A stretch of 43,477 nucleotides of DNA from Candidatus Staskawiczbacteria bacterium (GCA_903854535.1 CAINWR010000071.1:1-43477), one strand, 5' to 3'. Numbered from the stretch's first letter, positions 31,931 to 41,503 are shown. Numbers and translations: made by a program. Notes: generated from the sequence alone by a model not told the origin.

Positions 31931-33097
31931 TTATGGGAGGAGTTTGTCGGAGGATAGTAATAAACCGTCAGAAGTTAAAATATAAAGTTTTTTGTCTTGC
32001 AAATTAAAAGTAATTTGTGACTTTGAATCTAAAGAAAATTTCTCGCCAGAAGCATTTTTTGCAGGTAGGGGTAAATCTACTATATTTATATTGCCACGAT
32101 TATCTATTTCAGAAATTTTTACTTGCCCTGAGCCTGTCGAAGGATCATATGCACGTATTATTAAATAATTATTATTTAACCAAAAGATATCAGAAATATT
32201 TTCATAAAATTTATTAAGTAAAATTTTATCTGTATTTTGTGGTTTGTTTAAATTATATTCATAGTTTGAGTGGTTAAGCCATATTTCATTATTGGTAGCA
32301 TAAAAAATATTTTGATTATCAGGGGAAACTTTAAGGTCATTTATATTAGCCATAAAGAAGTCAAAAGAATTAGTTTGAGGATTTAGTAAAAGCAAATCAT
32401 TATTCTTCAAAATAAATATCCCAAAATTATTTACAAAAATTTTATAAGAAGTTTTTTTATCTATTAAAATAGGGGTGCTAGTTAAAATTTCATTATTTTT
32501 ACCAGAAAAATCAGATTTATTTAAATTACCATCTGAACTTAGCCAGATTATATTATTATCAGAAACTTTATAAGATACAACTTTTTTTAGTATAATTTTT
32601 GCTTTTTGAGTGATAGGTGCTTTAGTGTTTGTTGAAGCATTGGAAAAATATAAATCTTCTGATTTTAGTGAAAATCGTATATCATTTTCTTGTGGAAAAA
32701 TATTATTTGTTTGATTTTTATCTAAGACTTCCCAGTTAATGTTATTTTTAAATAAGGTTATATTTTCTATTTTTGCAACTTCCTTTTCTTTAACTAAAAT
32801 ATCTTTTTGATAGCTATAATATCCTTCTTTTTTGACTAAAATATTATGTATTTCTGGTGTAAGGTTTTGCATAAAAACTGAATTTGAAAAAAAACTGCTT
32901 TTTTCTCCAAATCTTGAATCAACAATAACTTCAGTTCCTGGTTGTTCAGCTCTCACATATATTCCACCAGTTGCAATTATGCATTGATTTTTAAGGTCAA
33001 CTCTATATCCTAAAGAATAGAAAATTAACCATGGTGTAATGGTGAAAAATAACAATAGGCAAATTAATAAAATTATTGATCTAGTTTGTTTTGTCAT
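31931..33097 (-). CDS. Membrane-anchored PEGA-domain protein with a repeat-rich (beta-propeller-like) C-terminal region
   Basis: N-terminal TM helix and a PEGA-like segment (GTEVIVDSRFGEKS...ILVKKEGYYSYQKDILV). The propeller call is by eye only. Confidence 0.6.
   Translation of the reverse strand: MTKQTRSIILLICLLLFFTITPWLIFYSLGYRVDLKNQCIIATGGIYVRAEQPGTEVIVDSRFGEKSSFFSNSVFMQNLTPEIHNILVKKEGYYSYQKDILVKEKEVAKIENITLFKNNINWEVLDKNQTNNIFPQENDIRFSLKSEDLYFSNASTNTKAPITQKAKIILKKVVSYKVSDNNIIWLSSDGNLNKSDFSGKNNEILTSTPILIDKKTSYKIFVNNFGIFILKNNDLLLLNPQTNSFDFFMANINDLKVSPDNQNIFYATNNEIWLNHSNYEYNLNKPQNTDKILLNKFYENISDIFWLNNNYLIIRAYDPSTGSGQVKISEIDNRGNINIVDLPLPAKNASGEKFSLDSKSQITFNLQDKKLYILTSDGLLLSSDKLLP
32122..32143. 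repeat. GC-rich in-frame patch in the PEGA-domain gene
   Basis: Minus strand ccttcgacaggctcagggcaag encodes PSTGSGQ, in an otherwise very AT-rich gene. Confidence 0.5.
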
Positions 33098-33101
33098 ATA
33101 A

Positions 33102-33836
33102 TTACCTACCTGCCGGCAGGAATTTATTGTTTAATAGTTTAGTTAAATATTTTTTAAATTTTAATTGTTCTTTAATGCTATTAAATGTTTCTAAAGCAAT
33201 AATTTTTCCAAAAACAAAATTTGGTAAATTTCGTAAATAATCAAAATCTTTTAAATTATAAATTGTATGCATATCTTTTTGAGTGTCTGGGTTGTATCCA
33301 TTTAAGTGGTTGCAATCAAAATATTTTATTATATCTTTTCTGTTATAAACATAGCCAAAATCTTTATTTAATCTTTCCATACCAGCTTTAAAATGAGCTA
33401 AATCAACACAAAAACCATCAATATTTTTTACTTTTACTTTGCCAGATACAAAATTGTCATAATTCATTTCTAAGCAAAGTTGTTTGTAAAATCCTTTCCA
33501 TTTTAAAATATCATTATGCTGAAAATTTATTTCATGTATTGTAAAATATTTTGTTTTAAAATTTTTCTTTAAAAACTGCAATTCACTCTTATCCATATCA
33601 TGCCTTATGTGAACTAATGGTATTGATTTGATGGGGGATTGAAGCAATGCTTGGTAAATTTTCTCTCTTTGTTCTTTTCCAAAAATTTCTAAAAACAAAA
33701 CAATCTCTGTAATTTTTTTGCCGTCTAAACCTTTAAGATTATTAATCTCATTTAATTTATCTTGCCATTCTTTCTCTGTGCGCCCAGTTATAGAAACTAA
33801 GATTCTTTTATTAAAGTTAACTTTAGTCATAAGCAT
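33102..33836 (-). CDS. Hypothetical protein (244 aa)
   Basis: Long ORF with native composition, 4 nt upstream of the PEGA gene. The C-terminal LPAGR residues are encoded by a GC palindrome. Confidence 0.55.
   Translation of the reverse strand: MLMTKVNFNKRILVSITGRTEKEWQDKLNEINNLKGLDGKKITEIVLFLEIFGKEQREKIYQALLQSPIKSIPLVHIRHDMDKSELQFLKKNFKTKYFTIHEINFQHNDILKWKGFYKQLCLEMNYDNFVSGKVKVKNIDGFCVDLAHFKAGMERLNKDFGYVYNRKDIIKYFDCNHLNGYNPDTQKDMHTIYNLKDFDYLRNLPNFVFGKIIALETFNSIKEQLKFKKYLTKLLNNKFLPAGR
33109..33120. repeat. Perfect 12-nt palindrome cctgccggcagg forming the last codons of gene 33102-33836
   Basis: Encodes ...LPAGR just before the stop. Same core as the SOD gene insert at 3951-3973. Confidence 0.6.
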
Positions 33837-33902
33837 ATATTACTAAATCTTACTCTATTTTTTGCAAAAAAAGAAGCCCTAACCCTCTAAGGGTTGATGG
33901 TA

Positions 33903-33931
33903 TTGACAATGTCAAGAGAATATAGTATAAT
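33903..33931 (+). promoter_or_regulatory. Consensus promoter upstream of murA
   Basis: TTGACA-atgtcaagagaatatag(17)-TATAAT. Confidence 0.6.
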
Positions 33932-34010
33932 AGAATATATGGGTCAAAAAAGTCAAGTTTGACATAGGCTTTATTATAAGATAATATTAGTTTGAATTTA
34001 CAATAAAAAT

Positions 34011-35276
34011 ATGGATAAATTTGTAATTAATGGAGGGGCAAAATTATCGGGATCTATTAGTGTGAGTGGAGCTAAAAATTCAGCTTTGAAAATTTTAGCT
34101 GCAACAATTTTATCTGATCAAAAGTGTATAATAAATAATTTCCCTTTTATAGAAGATACAAATAATGCAATAGAAATTTTAAGAAATTTAGGAGCCACTG
34201 TAGATGTAGATAAAGTAAAGAAAATGGTTATTGTAAACCCTGTAGGAATTAATAAGACTTCATTGGATTCATTATTAGTAAGAAAGCTAAGAAGTTCAAT
34301 ACTTTTTGCTGGTCCAATATTGGCAAAATTTGGTCAAGTTGAAATGAAGCATCCTGGAGGATGTGTTATTGGCAAAAGGCCAATTGATTTGTTTTTAGAT
34401 GGCTTTGAGAAATTAGGTGCTGAAGTTGAATTTATTGATGATGGTTTTAGATTAAAAGCAAAGTTTGGAAAATTAAAAGGTACTAATATTTTCTTTCCAC
34501 AAATAACAGTTACAGGAACTGAAACTATGATGATGACAGCAGTTTTAGCTGAAGGTAAAACTATTTTGAATAATTGCGCAATGGAACCAGAAATTCCAGC
34601 ATTAGCTGATTATTTAAATAAATGTGGAGCTAAGATTAAAGGAGCTGGCAGTCATACAATTGAAATAGAAGGAGTGGAAAAAATTCATGGATCATATTTT
34701 GATGTAATTCCAGATAGAATAGAAGCAGGGACTTTTGTGGTTATGGGATTAGCCACTCAGAGTGAAATAAAAATTGAAAATTGTAATCCAGAACATTTGG
34801 GAGCTTTTTTGCCAATTTTACAAAAAGCTGGAGCAAGATTAGAAGTGGGAAAAGATTATATAATTACAAAACCAAGTCAAATGAAAGCTGTATCTGTAGT
34901 AACTCATGAATATCCTGGATTTGCTACTGATTTACAAAGTCCTTACACTTTACTTATGACACAAGTACAAAATCAAAGTATTGTGCATGAGGCGATTTTT
35001 GAGGGTAGATTATTTTTTACAGATCAATTAAATTCAATGGGAGCTAATATAATAATGTGTGATCCTCATAGGGTTGTAGTAAATGGACCAACAAAACTTT
35101 ATGGCAAGAAATTAACAAGTCCAGATTTAAGAGCTGGTATTACAATGGTCTTAGCTGGTATGATAGCTGAAGGCACTACTACAATAGAAAATATTTATCA
35201 AATAGATAGGGGTTATGAAAATATTGAAGCAAGGCTTCAAAAATTGGGAGTAGATATAAAGCGGATTACTTCGTAA
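34011..35276 (+). CDS. murA: UDP-N-acetylglucosamine 1-carboxyvinyltransferase
   Basis: SGAKNSALKILAA and the HPGGCVIGKRPID active-site Cys loop. Confidence 0.95.
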   Translation: MDKFVINGGAKLSGSISVSGAKNSALKILAATILSDQKCIINNFPFIEDTNNAIEILRNLGATVDVDKVKKMVIVNPVGINKTSLDSLLVRKLRSSILFAGPILAKFGQVEMKHPGGCVIGKRPIDLFLDGFEKLGAEVEFIDDGFRLKAKFGKLKGTNIFFPQITVTGTETMMMTAVLAEGKTILNNCAMEPEIPALADYLNKCGAKIKGAGSHTIEIEGVEKIHGSYFDVIPDRIEAGTFVVMGLATQSEIKIENCNPEHLGAFLPILQKAGARLEVGKDYIITKPSQMKAVSVVTHEYPGFATDLQSPYTLLMTQVQNQSIVHEAIFEGRLFFTDQLNSMGANIIMCDPHRVVVNGPTKLYGKKLTSPDLRAGITMVLAGMIAEGTTTIENIYQIDRGYENIEARLQKLGVDIKRITS

Positions 35277-35279
35277 TTA

Positions 35280-35352
35280 GTTATAAAGTTAAAAAGTTAT
35301 AAAGTTTATAAAGCCGACTTTATAACATTACAAACTTTAAACTTGATAACTT
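35280..35352. repeat. Family B hairpin upstream of mreB
   Basis: gttataaagttaaaaagttataaagtttataaagccgactttataacattacaaactttaaacttgataactt. It ends 3 nt before the ATG. Confidence 0.8.
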
Positions 35353-35355
35353 CGA

Positions 35356-36363
35356 ATGTTTAATAATAAAATTGCTATAGATTTGGGAACTTGTAATTCT
35401 ATTGTGTATGTTAAAGGTAAAGGAATTGTTTTATATGAACCATCGGTGGTTGCTGTTTCTTTGAGTGAAAATAAAATCTTGGCAGTAGGAGAGCAGGCAA
35501 AAGATATGATAGGTAGAACTCCTTCAGATATAAAAGTGTATAGACCTCTTAAAGATGGTGTTATTGCAGATTATAGAGTTACTCAGGCTATGATTAGGCA
35601 TTTTATAAGTAAAACTACAAGTAATTTTAAAATTTTTAAACCTGAGCTTGTAATTTCAGTTCCAGCTGGTATTACAAGCACAGAAAGAAGGGCTGTGATT
35701 GAAGCTGCGTTGTCAGCTGGAGCAAAGCAGGCTTACGTTGCCAAAGAGCCTATTTTAGCTGCTATTGGAGCTGGGGTGCCTATTAATTCTTGCTCAGGGC
35801 ACATGATAGTAAATATTGGCGGAGGTACCTCTGAGGTTGCTGTAATTTCTTTAGGGGGCATTGTGGCTTGTCATTCAGCTAGAGTTGCAGGAGATAAAAT
35901 TGATATTGCAATTGCTGAATACATAAGGAAAAAATATAATTTAGCCATAGGTACGCAGTCAGCAGAAGAAATTAAAATAAGAATAGGGACAGCTCTGCCA
36001 CAAAAAGAGCCTAAATATTTAGAAATTCAAGGTAGAGATTTAATATTGGGATTGCCAAGGAATATTAAAATTTCAAGTAATGAAATTTGTGAAGGAATTT
36101 CCGATGTTTTAGGTGAAATTATGCAATCTGTAAAACAAGTATTAGCTCAAACTCCTCCAGAATTATCAGCTGATATTATGAATAAAGGTATTATTGTTTC
36201 AGGTGGAGGAGCTTTGTTGGCTAGAATAAATGAACTTATTGCTCAAACCACTGGCGTACCTTGTTTTGTAGCAGAAGAGCCATTATTATGTGTTGTAAAA
36301 GGCACGGGAATAGTATTAGAACACTTAGAAGAATACAAGAAAGTTGTAATGTCTAAAAAGTAG
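35356..36363 (+). CDS. mreB: Rod-shape-determining actin homologue MreB
   Basis: IAIDLGTCNSIVY, NIGGGTSEVAV and VSGGGALL phosphate and adenosine motifs. Confidence 0.95.
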   Translation: MFNNKIAIDLGTCNSIVYVKGKGIVLYEPSVVAVSLSENKILAVGEQAKDMIGRTPSDIKVYRPLKDGVIADYRVTQAMIRHFISKTTSNFKIFKPELVISVPAGITSTERRAVIEAALSAGAKQAYVAKEPILAAIGAGVPINSCSGHMIVNIGGGTSEVAVISLGGIVACHSARVAGDKIDIAIAEYIRKKYNLAIGTQSAEEIKIRIGTALPQKEPKYLEIQGRDLILGLPRNIKISSNEICEGISDVLGEIMQSVKQVLAQTPPELSADIMNKGIIVSGGGALLARINELIAQTTGVPCFVAEEPLLCVVKGTGIVLEHLEEYKKVVMSKK

Positions 36364-36391
36364 GGTTTAGGGTAAAGGGTCTAGGGTCTAG
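36361..36391 (+). repeat. TAG-heptad array starting with the mreB stop codon; also a G3N4 x4 motif
   Basis: tagggtt tagggta aagggtc tagggtc tag, with TAG at 36361, 36368, 36382 and 36389. GGG tracts at 36363, 36370, 36377 and 36384. Confidence 0.9.
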
Positions 36392-36424
36392 AAAAAGTCA
36401 CAAAATAAATTGTGACTTTTTTTT
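36392..36424 (+). terminator. Terminator after mreB
   Basis: aaagtcaca-aaataaat-tgtgacttt followed by a T-run. Confidence 0.7.
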
Positions 36425-36476
36425 ATGCTTTACTAAAAAGATAAAAAAAGATAGAATATAGAATAAAGTAAAATTT

Positions 36477-37379
36477 ATGATAGTAGGCCACAAAAAGCAA
36501 TGGGATTATTTAAAGAGAAGCTTTAAAGAGCAACAATTAGCTCATGCTTATTTGTTTTGCGGAGAAAATCAAATTGGTAAAAAAACTTTGGCAATAGAAT
36601 TTGTGAAATTATTAAATTGCCAGGATATAAATAAACCTTGTGGAAAATGTAAAAACTGTATTGACATTAGTAAAGGAAATTTTTTTGATTTTCTGCTTGT
36701 AAGATCTGGGGAGGAATCAACTAATTTTGAAGGAATGTTCTCTTATAATTCAGCTTTATCAGATTTAAAAAGTGGGGAAGTGTTAAGTGATAAAAAAGAG
36801 ATTGGGATTGATCAAGCTAGAAAAGTAATAGATTTTTTAAGTAAAAGGTCTTATTTTAATGGATATAAAGCTGTAATTATTGATAATGCAGATAAATTAA
36901 CCGTAGAAGCTCAAAATTGCTTACTCAAAACTTTGGAGGAGCCGAAAGGAAACACAGTTTTAATTTTAGTGACCAGTCAACAAGAAAGACTTTTGACGAC
37001 TATTTTTTCAAGATGCCAGACAATTAAATTTTTTGCTAATAAAGAAATTAGAAAATTGCTAGATAATAGTGAAAAAAATAAAAAAGAAAAAGAAATTTTA
37101 GATGAATTATTAAAAGTTTTAAATGGGACTTTAGCTGAAAAATTTGCTTATACAAAGAATTTAAAAGAAGATGGTGTAAATACAAAGGAAATTTTTGAAA
37201 TATTACAAAAATATTTTAGGCAATTATTACTGCAAAATACAAATTCAGATAACGCACAAAAATATTCAACAGAAAAATTAATTAAAATAATTAAAATTAT
37301 AGATAGATTAATTTATGAGTTGTCTACAACAAATGCCAGCTCTAAACTAGCTTTAGAAGTTTTATTTTTAGAGTTGTAA
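36477..37379 (+). CDS. holB: DNA polymerase III delta-prime subunit
   Basis: AHAYLFCGENQIGKKTLA, a Cys-cluster (CQDINKPCGKCKNC) and LLKTLEEP. Confidence 0.8.
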   Translation: MIVGHKKQWDYLKRSFKEQQLAHAYLFCGENQIGKKTLAIEFVKLLNCQDINKPCGKCKNCIDISKGNFFDFLLVRSGEESTNFEGMFSYNSALSDLKSGEVLSDKKEIGIDQARKVIDFLSKRSYFNGYKAVIIDNADKLTVEAQNCLLKTLEEPKGNTVLILVTSQQERLLTTIFSRCQTIKFFANKEIRKLLDNSEKNKKEKEILDELLKVLNGTLAEKFAYTKNLKEDGVNTKEIFEILQKYFRQLLLQNTNSDNAQKYSTEKLIKIIKIIDRLIYELSTTNASSKLALEVLFLEL

Positions 37380-40349
37380 TTATTTTATCATTTTTCTTAG
37401 AGCGCAAAATTCACAATCTTTATTGTTGCAAGTTTTATCCCAAAAGCTTAAATCAAGAATTTCTTTTGCAACTTGCTTTATTTGATTATCTAAATCATCA
37501 ATCATCTCTTTTGTGATTACAAAAAATTCTTTTTTATAATTTCCTTTTTCATTTGGCTGAATAAAATCAATTTCTCCAGAAATCATATTAAACTTTTTAT
37601 TTTGGAAGTTATTTAAAAGTAAATTATAAAAAGTTAATTGACGCAAATAATCATCTTTCATTTTAGCTTTACCAGTCTTGTAATCTACTACATTTACATT
37701 ATTATTGGAATCTAATATTTCAATTTTATCAATTTTACCATTAATAAATATATTTTCTCCAAGCTCAATACGAGATATATTTAGTTCATTTAAAATATTG
37801 TTTTTCCAGCTTTTGTGATAAAAATCATAATAGCCTTTTAAAGCAATGTTGCCTTTTTCAAGCATCTCAATGTATTCATTTTGCATAATCGGTTGTTTTT
37901 GTAGTGAGTCTTTAAAGCGACTTAGTAAATATTCTTTCTTTGGGGCTTTGTTGTTTGCTATTGCATCAAAGTAATTTTTTAGTGCATCATGTATTGCAGA
38001 ACCAAAGAGCATAAATTTATTTTGTGTACCAGGAATTCTAACTAAACTATTAAAAAAGTAATTCCAAGGGCACTCTAAATAATTATTTAAAGCTGTTACT
38101 GAAAGACCATTCTTAATAAATAACTCATTTAGAAATTCCTTTTCTTTTATTGTTGGTTTTTCGTCAATTTCTTTTGTAAATTCTAAAGCTTTTTCTGTAT
38201 CTTGTGATTGATACCCTGCGTATTTTAATTCATAAATTTTAACAAATTCTGGTTTTATTTCTTGAATATACATGCAGGGTAATTTGTCTTTGCCTTCTTG
38301 ATTATTGACTGCATATGTAATAGTAACTTGTTTTTTTGCTCGAGTTATTGCAACATAAAATAAATTTCTTTCATCTTGATTATCATCATTTTCAAAATCT
38401 TCATCTATTTTATTTAACATAGAAAATACTTGTACTGGTAATTTTATATTTTCATGGCTTCTACGGTTTCCCCAATGCCCATCGTGGGCATTTATGATAT
38501 AAACTTGATCAAATTCAAGGCCTTTTGATTTATGAGCTGTCATAAGTCTAACTCGCCCTTGAGTATAACCAAGGCCCTTGCTTTTAATTGAGATATTATG
38601 TTCGCGAATTACATCCAAGTACTCAAAGAAATCATTTAGCGTGTAATCTTTATGATTAGTAATCAGGTCTTTTACTTGATCGAAGAAAACCCCCAATTTT
38701 TCAATTTTTTCTGCAGATAATGGATCAGATAGAATTTTTGCTAGAAATCCTGAATCACGAATAATGTCTTCAAAAATCAAAATAGTATTTTTGTTATGAC
38801 TTATACTTTGCTTTTTCCATAAAGATAATTTTTTATAAATTTCTTGTATTTTTTCTATTTCTTCAATTTTTGCTTCTTTTAATAATTTTTCAGATTTTAT
38901 AACATCATATAAACTTAAATTTCCACGCTTAAAGCTAGAAAGTTTGTAGATATCTAGTGCTGGAATATTGAAAATATCAACATATAAGAGCTCTATAAGT
39001 TCACGATTTTGACCAAAATTATGTATTGCCCTTAGAATGATTAAAAGCTTTTTTATATCTTGATCATCGAGTATGTCTTGATCTGATTCAATTGCAAATA
39101 ATATGTTAAATTTTCTTAAAAATCTCGCAATATTAAATACATCTTTGTTCTCTCTATATAAAACTGCAATTTGTTCTGGTTTATGTCCATTATCAATAAG
39201 TTTTTTTATATCTTCTGCTAGAAAATAATATTCTGCATCAGGATTAGAAAATGGCCTTATGTTTATTGGATTTTCAGGATGATTGGAGTTTGATTGTAAT
39301 TTAATTGAATTTGGTTTTAAATCATATGATGCATTTAAAATAGTTTGTGTTGATCTGTAATTATGTTTTAAGGAAATTTCTTTGACGTTTTTATATAAAT
39401 TCTTAAAATATAGAAAGTTTTCTAAAGATGCGCCTTGAAATCTAAAAATTGCTTGTTTTTCATCTCCTACAATAAATAAATTAGGCTTAGTATAGTAATT
39501 TGCTAGAAGTTCTAGTATTTTATTTTGTGCGCTATTAGTGTCTTGGTGTTCATCAACTAAAATATATTGATACTTCTCTTGCATTATTAATAGTAAATCA
39601 TTATTTTTTTCTAAAGCTACTTTTACTTCTACTATCATATCAGAAAAATCATAAAATCTATTGACTTGCATTTCTGTCTGATATTTCTCATATACACTGA
39701 TTAATTCTTTATTTCTTGCAATATTCTTTTGTAAAGCTATGTATTTGCCCTTCATTTTGCCTTTATAAGCCCCAGAGTTGTGATACAAATCTTCAATATT
39801 TTCAAAATTATATTCTTCTTGTTTTACAAGCTTTTTAAAATCTTCTGGCAAAAAGCCTTGTTGTTTTAAATCTGAAATAGCTTTTATTATTGCTGATATA
39901 TAGTAATAATTATCACCCCAAGGTTTTAATGTAGCAAAATTATTTTCATCAATTATTTTTTTAATAATTTTAATTTGTTCTACATTAGAAATATTTGTAG
40001 AGCCAATTATTTTTTCAAATTCATCTGGATATTGTTTTATAATATTATTAGCAAAACCATGAAAAGTAGTAATATTTACGCGGTAAGCTATAGTGCCGAT
40101 AATTTCTGATAAATTTTTACGCATAGAAGCTACAGCACTTTCAGTAAATGTTAATGCCAAAATTGCTTCTGGCGGAGTATCGGTTTTATTTAAAATATTG
40201 GCAATTCTCATAGTAAGTAAGTGCGTTTTCCCTGTGCCAGGACCTGCAACTACCATAACTGGTCCGTCAATTTCATCTACACCCATTTTTTGTTCTGGGT
40301 TTAGTTTCTTGTAAGCATTATTAAATTTTTCTCTAAAATCTATTGACAT
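37380..40349 (-). CDS. UvrD/PcrA-type SF1 helicase fused to a C-terminal 4-Cys PD-(D/E)XK (AddB-like) nuclease
   Basis: AGPGTGKTH (I), VDEHQDTN (II), GDEKQAIFRFQGA (III), NYRST (IV), HKSKGLEFD (V), VAITRAK (VI). C-terminus has ECPWNYF, VVDYKTGK, QLTFY and C-x5-C-x2-C. Confidence 0.85.
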   Translation of the reverse strand: MSIDFREKFNNAYKKLNPEQKMGVDEIDGPVMVVAGPGTGKTHLLTMRIANILNKTDTPPEAILALTFTESAVASMRKNLSEIIGTIAYRVNITTFHGFANNIIKQYPDEFEKIIGSTNISNVEQIKIIKKIIDENNFATLKPWGDNYYYISAIIKAISDLKQQGFLPEDFKKLVKQEEYNFENIEDLYHNSGAYKGKMKGKYIALQKNIARNKELISVYEKYQTEMQVNRFYDFSDMIVEVKVALEKNNDLLLIMQEKYQYILVDEHQDTNSAQNKILELLANYYTKPNLFIVGDEKQAIFRFQGASLENFLYFKNLYKNVKEISLKHNYRSTQTILNASYDLKPNSIKLQSNSNHPENPINIRPFSNPDAEYYFLAEDIKKLIDNGHKPEQIAVLYRENKDVFNIARFLRKFNILFAIESDQDILDDQDIKKLLIILRAIHNFGQNRELIELLYVDIFNIPALDIYKLSSFKRGNLSLYDVIKSEKLLKEAKIEEIEKIQEIYKKLSLWKKQSISHNKNTILIFEDIIRDSGFLAKILSDPLSAEKIEKLGVFFDQVKDLITNHKDYTLNDFFEYLDVIREHNISIKSKGLGYTQGRVRLMTAHKSKGLEFDQVYIINAHDGHWGNRRSHENIKLPVQVFSMLNKIDEDFENDDNQDERNLFYVAITRAKKQVTITYAVNNQEGKDKLPCMYIQEIKPEFVKIYELKYAGYQSQDTEKALEFTKEIDEKPTIKEKEFLNELFIKNGLSVTALNNYLECPWNYFFNSLVRIPGTQNKFMLFGSAIHDALKNYFDAIANNKAPKKEYLLSRFKDSLQKQPIMQNEYIEMLEKGNIALKGYYDFYHKSWKNNILNELNISRIELGENIFINGKIDKIEILDSNNNVNVVDYKTGKAKMKDDYLRQLTFYNLLLNNFQNKKFNMISGEIDFIQPNEKGNYKKEFFVITKEMIDDLDNQIKQVAKEILDLSFWDKTCNNKDCEFCALRKMIK

Positions 40350-40406
40350 TATTATTTTATTATATTATTATTGATTCATGATTTTGCTTCGAGGGATATG
40401 GCTTAA

Positions 40407-40625
40407 ATGTTAAGCCAACTCTTCAAACAACTCGTAGGAGATAGGAGAAGTGTCGTGACTAAAGCGCAAATGTATATTGGGATGAGTTTGGCGGTAGTGT
40501 GCTCCCTCCAGACATATTTTGGTCTCGAGAATCATTCCAGCTCGTTACTGGCGGGCGCGGTCTTTTCGGGACTGATATCCATCACCAACTTTTTTTGTGG
40601 CGTTGGCTTCTATCTGAAGTCGTGA
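40407..40625 (+). CDS. Small two-TM membrane protein (72 aa), GC-rich orphan
   Basis: Two hydrophobic helices. GAGGG lies upstream. A strong terminator lies at 40657-40689. The start codon sits in the loop of a 7-bp hairpin. Confidence 0.45.
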   Translation: MLSQLFKQLVGDRRSVVTKAQMYIGMSLAVVCSLQTYFGLENHSSSLLAGAVFSGLISITNFFCGVGFYLKS

Positions 40626-40656
40626 ATAGCGACCATGGCGCATTGGCGTCGGCTCG

Positions 40657-40689
40657 GCTCGCGGTGTGATTTTCACTGCGAGCTTTTTT
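40657..40689 (+). terminator. Terminator after the small membrane-protein gene
   Basis: gctcgcggtg-tgatttt-cactgcgagc followed by a T6 run. Confidence 0.75.
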
Positions 40690-40723
40690 ATTATATAATT
40701 TTTTCGTGTAAGGTTTCATCATC

Positions 40724-40751
40724 TGTGTAAGGTCTCACCTTACACAATCTA
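40724..40751. repeat. REP-like hairpin, copy 1 (10-bp perfect stem, ctc loop)
   Basis: tgtgtaaggt/ctc/accttacaca followed by atcta. It overlaps the transposase stop codon. Confidence 0.85.
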
Positions 40752-41459
40752 ATCTATGAACAATTTATCGTTTTCAGCGCGGGTTTTTCCATTTAAAATC
40801 ATTTTGGAATATTCTTTATATTTTTCAACATCATCAAAAATTTCTCCAAGAACTCCCTTGTTAATTATAACAGATTCCCTTTCTTTTAGATATTCTTTAT
40901 TTGTGCACCAATCATATTTGTTGGTAAAATTTAGTGCTTTATTAAAATCTATTAAACCACTTTCTTTTAAATTAGGCTCTAAAATTTGTGCAGGATTTAT
41001 AATATTAACATAAAATAATAAATACTCTAATTGCTCTTGGCTCTCAGAAACAACAGATTTAAATACGCCCTCAAATAAGGCACCTTTTCGTTCATATTTT
41101 TTATTAAAATACATGGAGTATCCTGTTGTAAACTTTTGCATAAATTTTGAAACGCCACCAGGTTTTATTTCCTCTAAAATTAAATGAAAGTGATTTGGCA
41201 TTAAGCAATAGGCTAAAATATTCACAAGTAAGTTTCTTTCTTTATTTTTTAAAAATTTTTTAACAGTATTAAAAGTTGTTTTTCCATAAATTCTATTAGT
41301 TTGCCATAATGCATTGAAGGTAGAATTTTCGTCATTAAATGCAAACAAGCCCAATAAAAACCTCCAACGATCATAATCGTTCATAAAAATATTCCGTTTG
41401 TCCACGCCTCTGTTAAAAATATGGATGAAATCACCAACTGCAAATTGTTTTCTATTCAT
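40749..41459 (-). CDS. IS200/IS605-type Y1 (HUH) transposase, RAYT-like
   Basis: CLMPNHFHLIL HUH motif and a YFNKKYERKGALFEGVFKS Tyr region. Flanked by identical hairpin repeats. Confidence 0.8.
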   Translation of the reverse strand: MNRKQFAVGDFIHIFNRGVDKRNIFMNDYDRWRFLLGLFAFNDENSTFNALWQTNRIYGKTTFNTVKKFLKNKERNLLVNILAYCLMPNHFHLILEEIKPGGVSKFMQKFTTGYSMYFNKKYERKGALFEGVFKSVVSESQEQLEYLLFYVNIINPAQILEPNLKESGLIDFNKALNFTNKYDWCTNKEYLKERESVIINKGVLGEIFDDVEKYKEYSKMILNGKTRAENDKLFID

Positions 41460-41473
41460 TTTGATTTTGATTA

Positions 41474-41501
41474 TGTGTAAGGTCTCACCTTACACAATCT
41501 A
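41474..41501. repeat. REP-like hairpin, copy 2
   Basis: Identical 28-mer to 40724-40751. Confidence 0.85.
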
Positions 41502-41503
41502 GG

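Larger units (their letters stand above)
40724..41501 (-). mobile_element. RAYT/IS200-like unit: Y1 transposase gene bracketed by two identical 28-nt REP-like hairpin repeats
   Basis: tgtgtaaggtctcaccttacacaatcta occurs at 40724-40751 and 41474-41501 in the same orientation. A half copy (gtgtaaggtttca) lies at 40706-40718. Confidence 0.7.

Noticed and set aside
36361-36391. Telomere-like TTTAGGG / CCCTAAA repeats (also at 8876-8904)
   Set aside because: Only one or two exact units occur, embedded in degenerate heptads between ordinary bacterial genes. The resemblance to the plant-type telomere repeat is best treated as coincidence.
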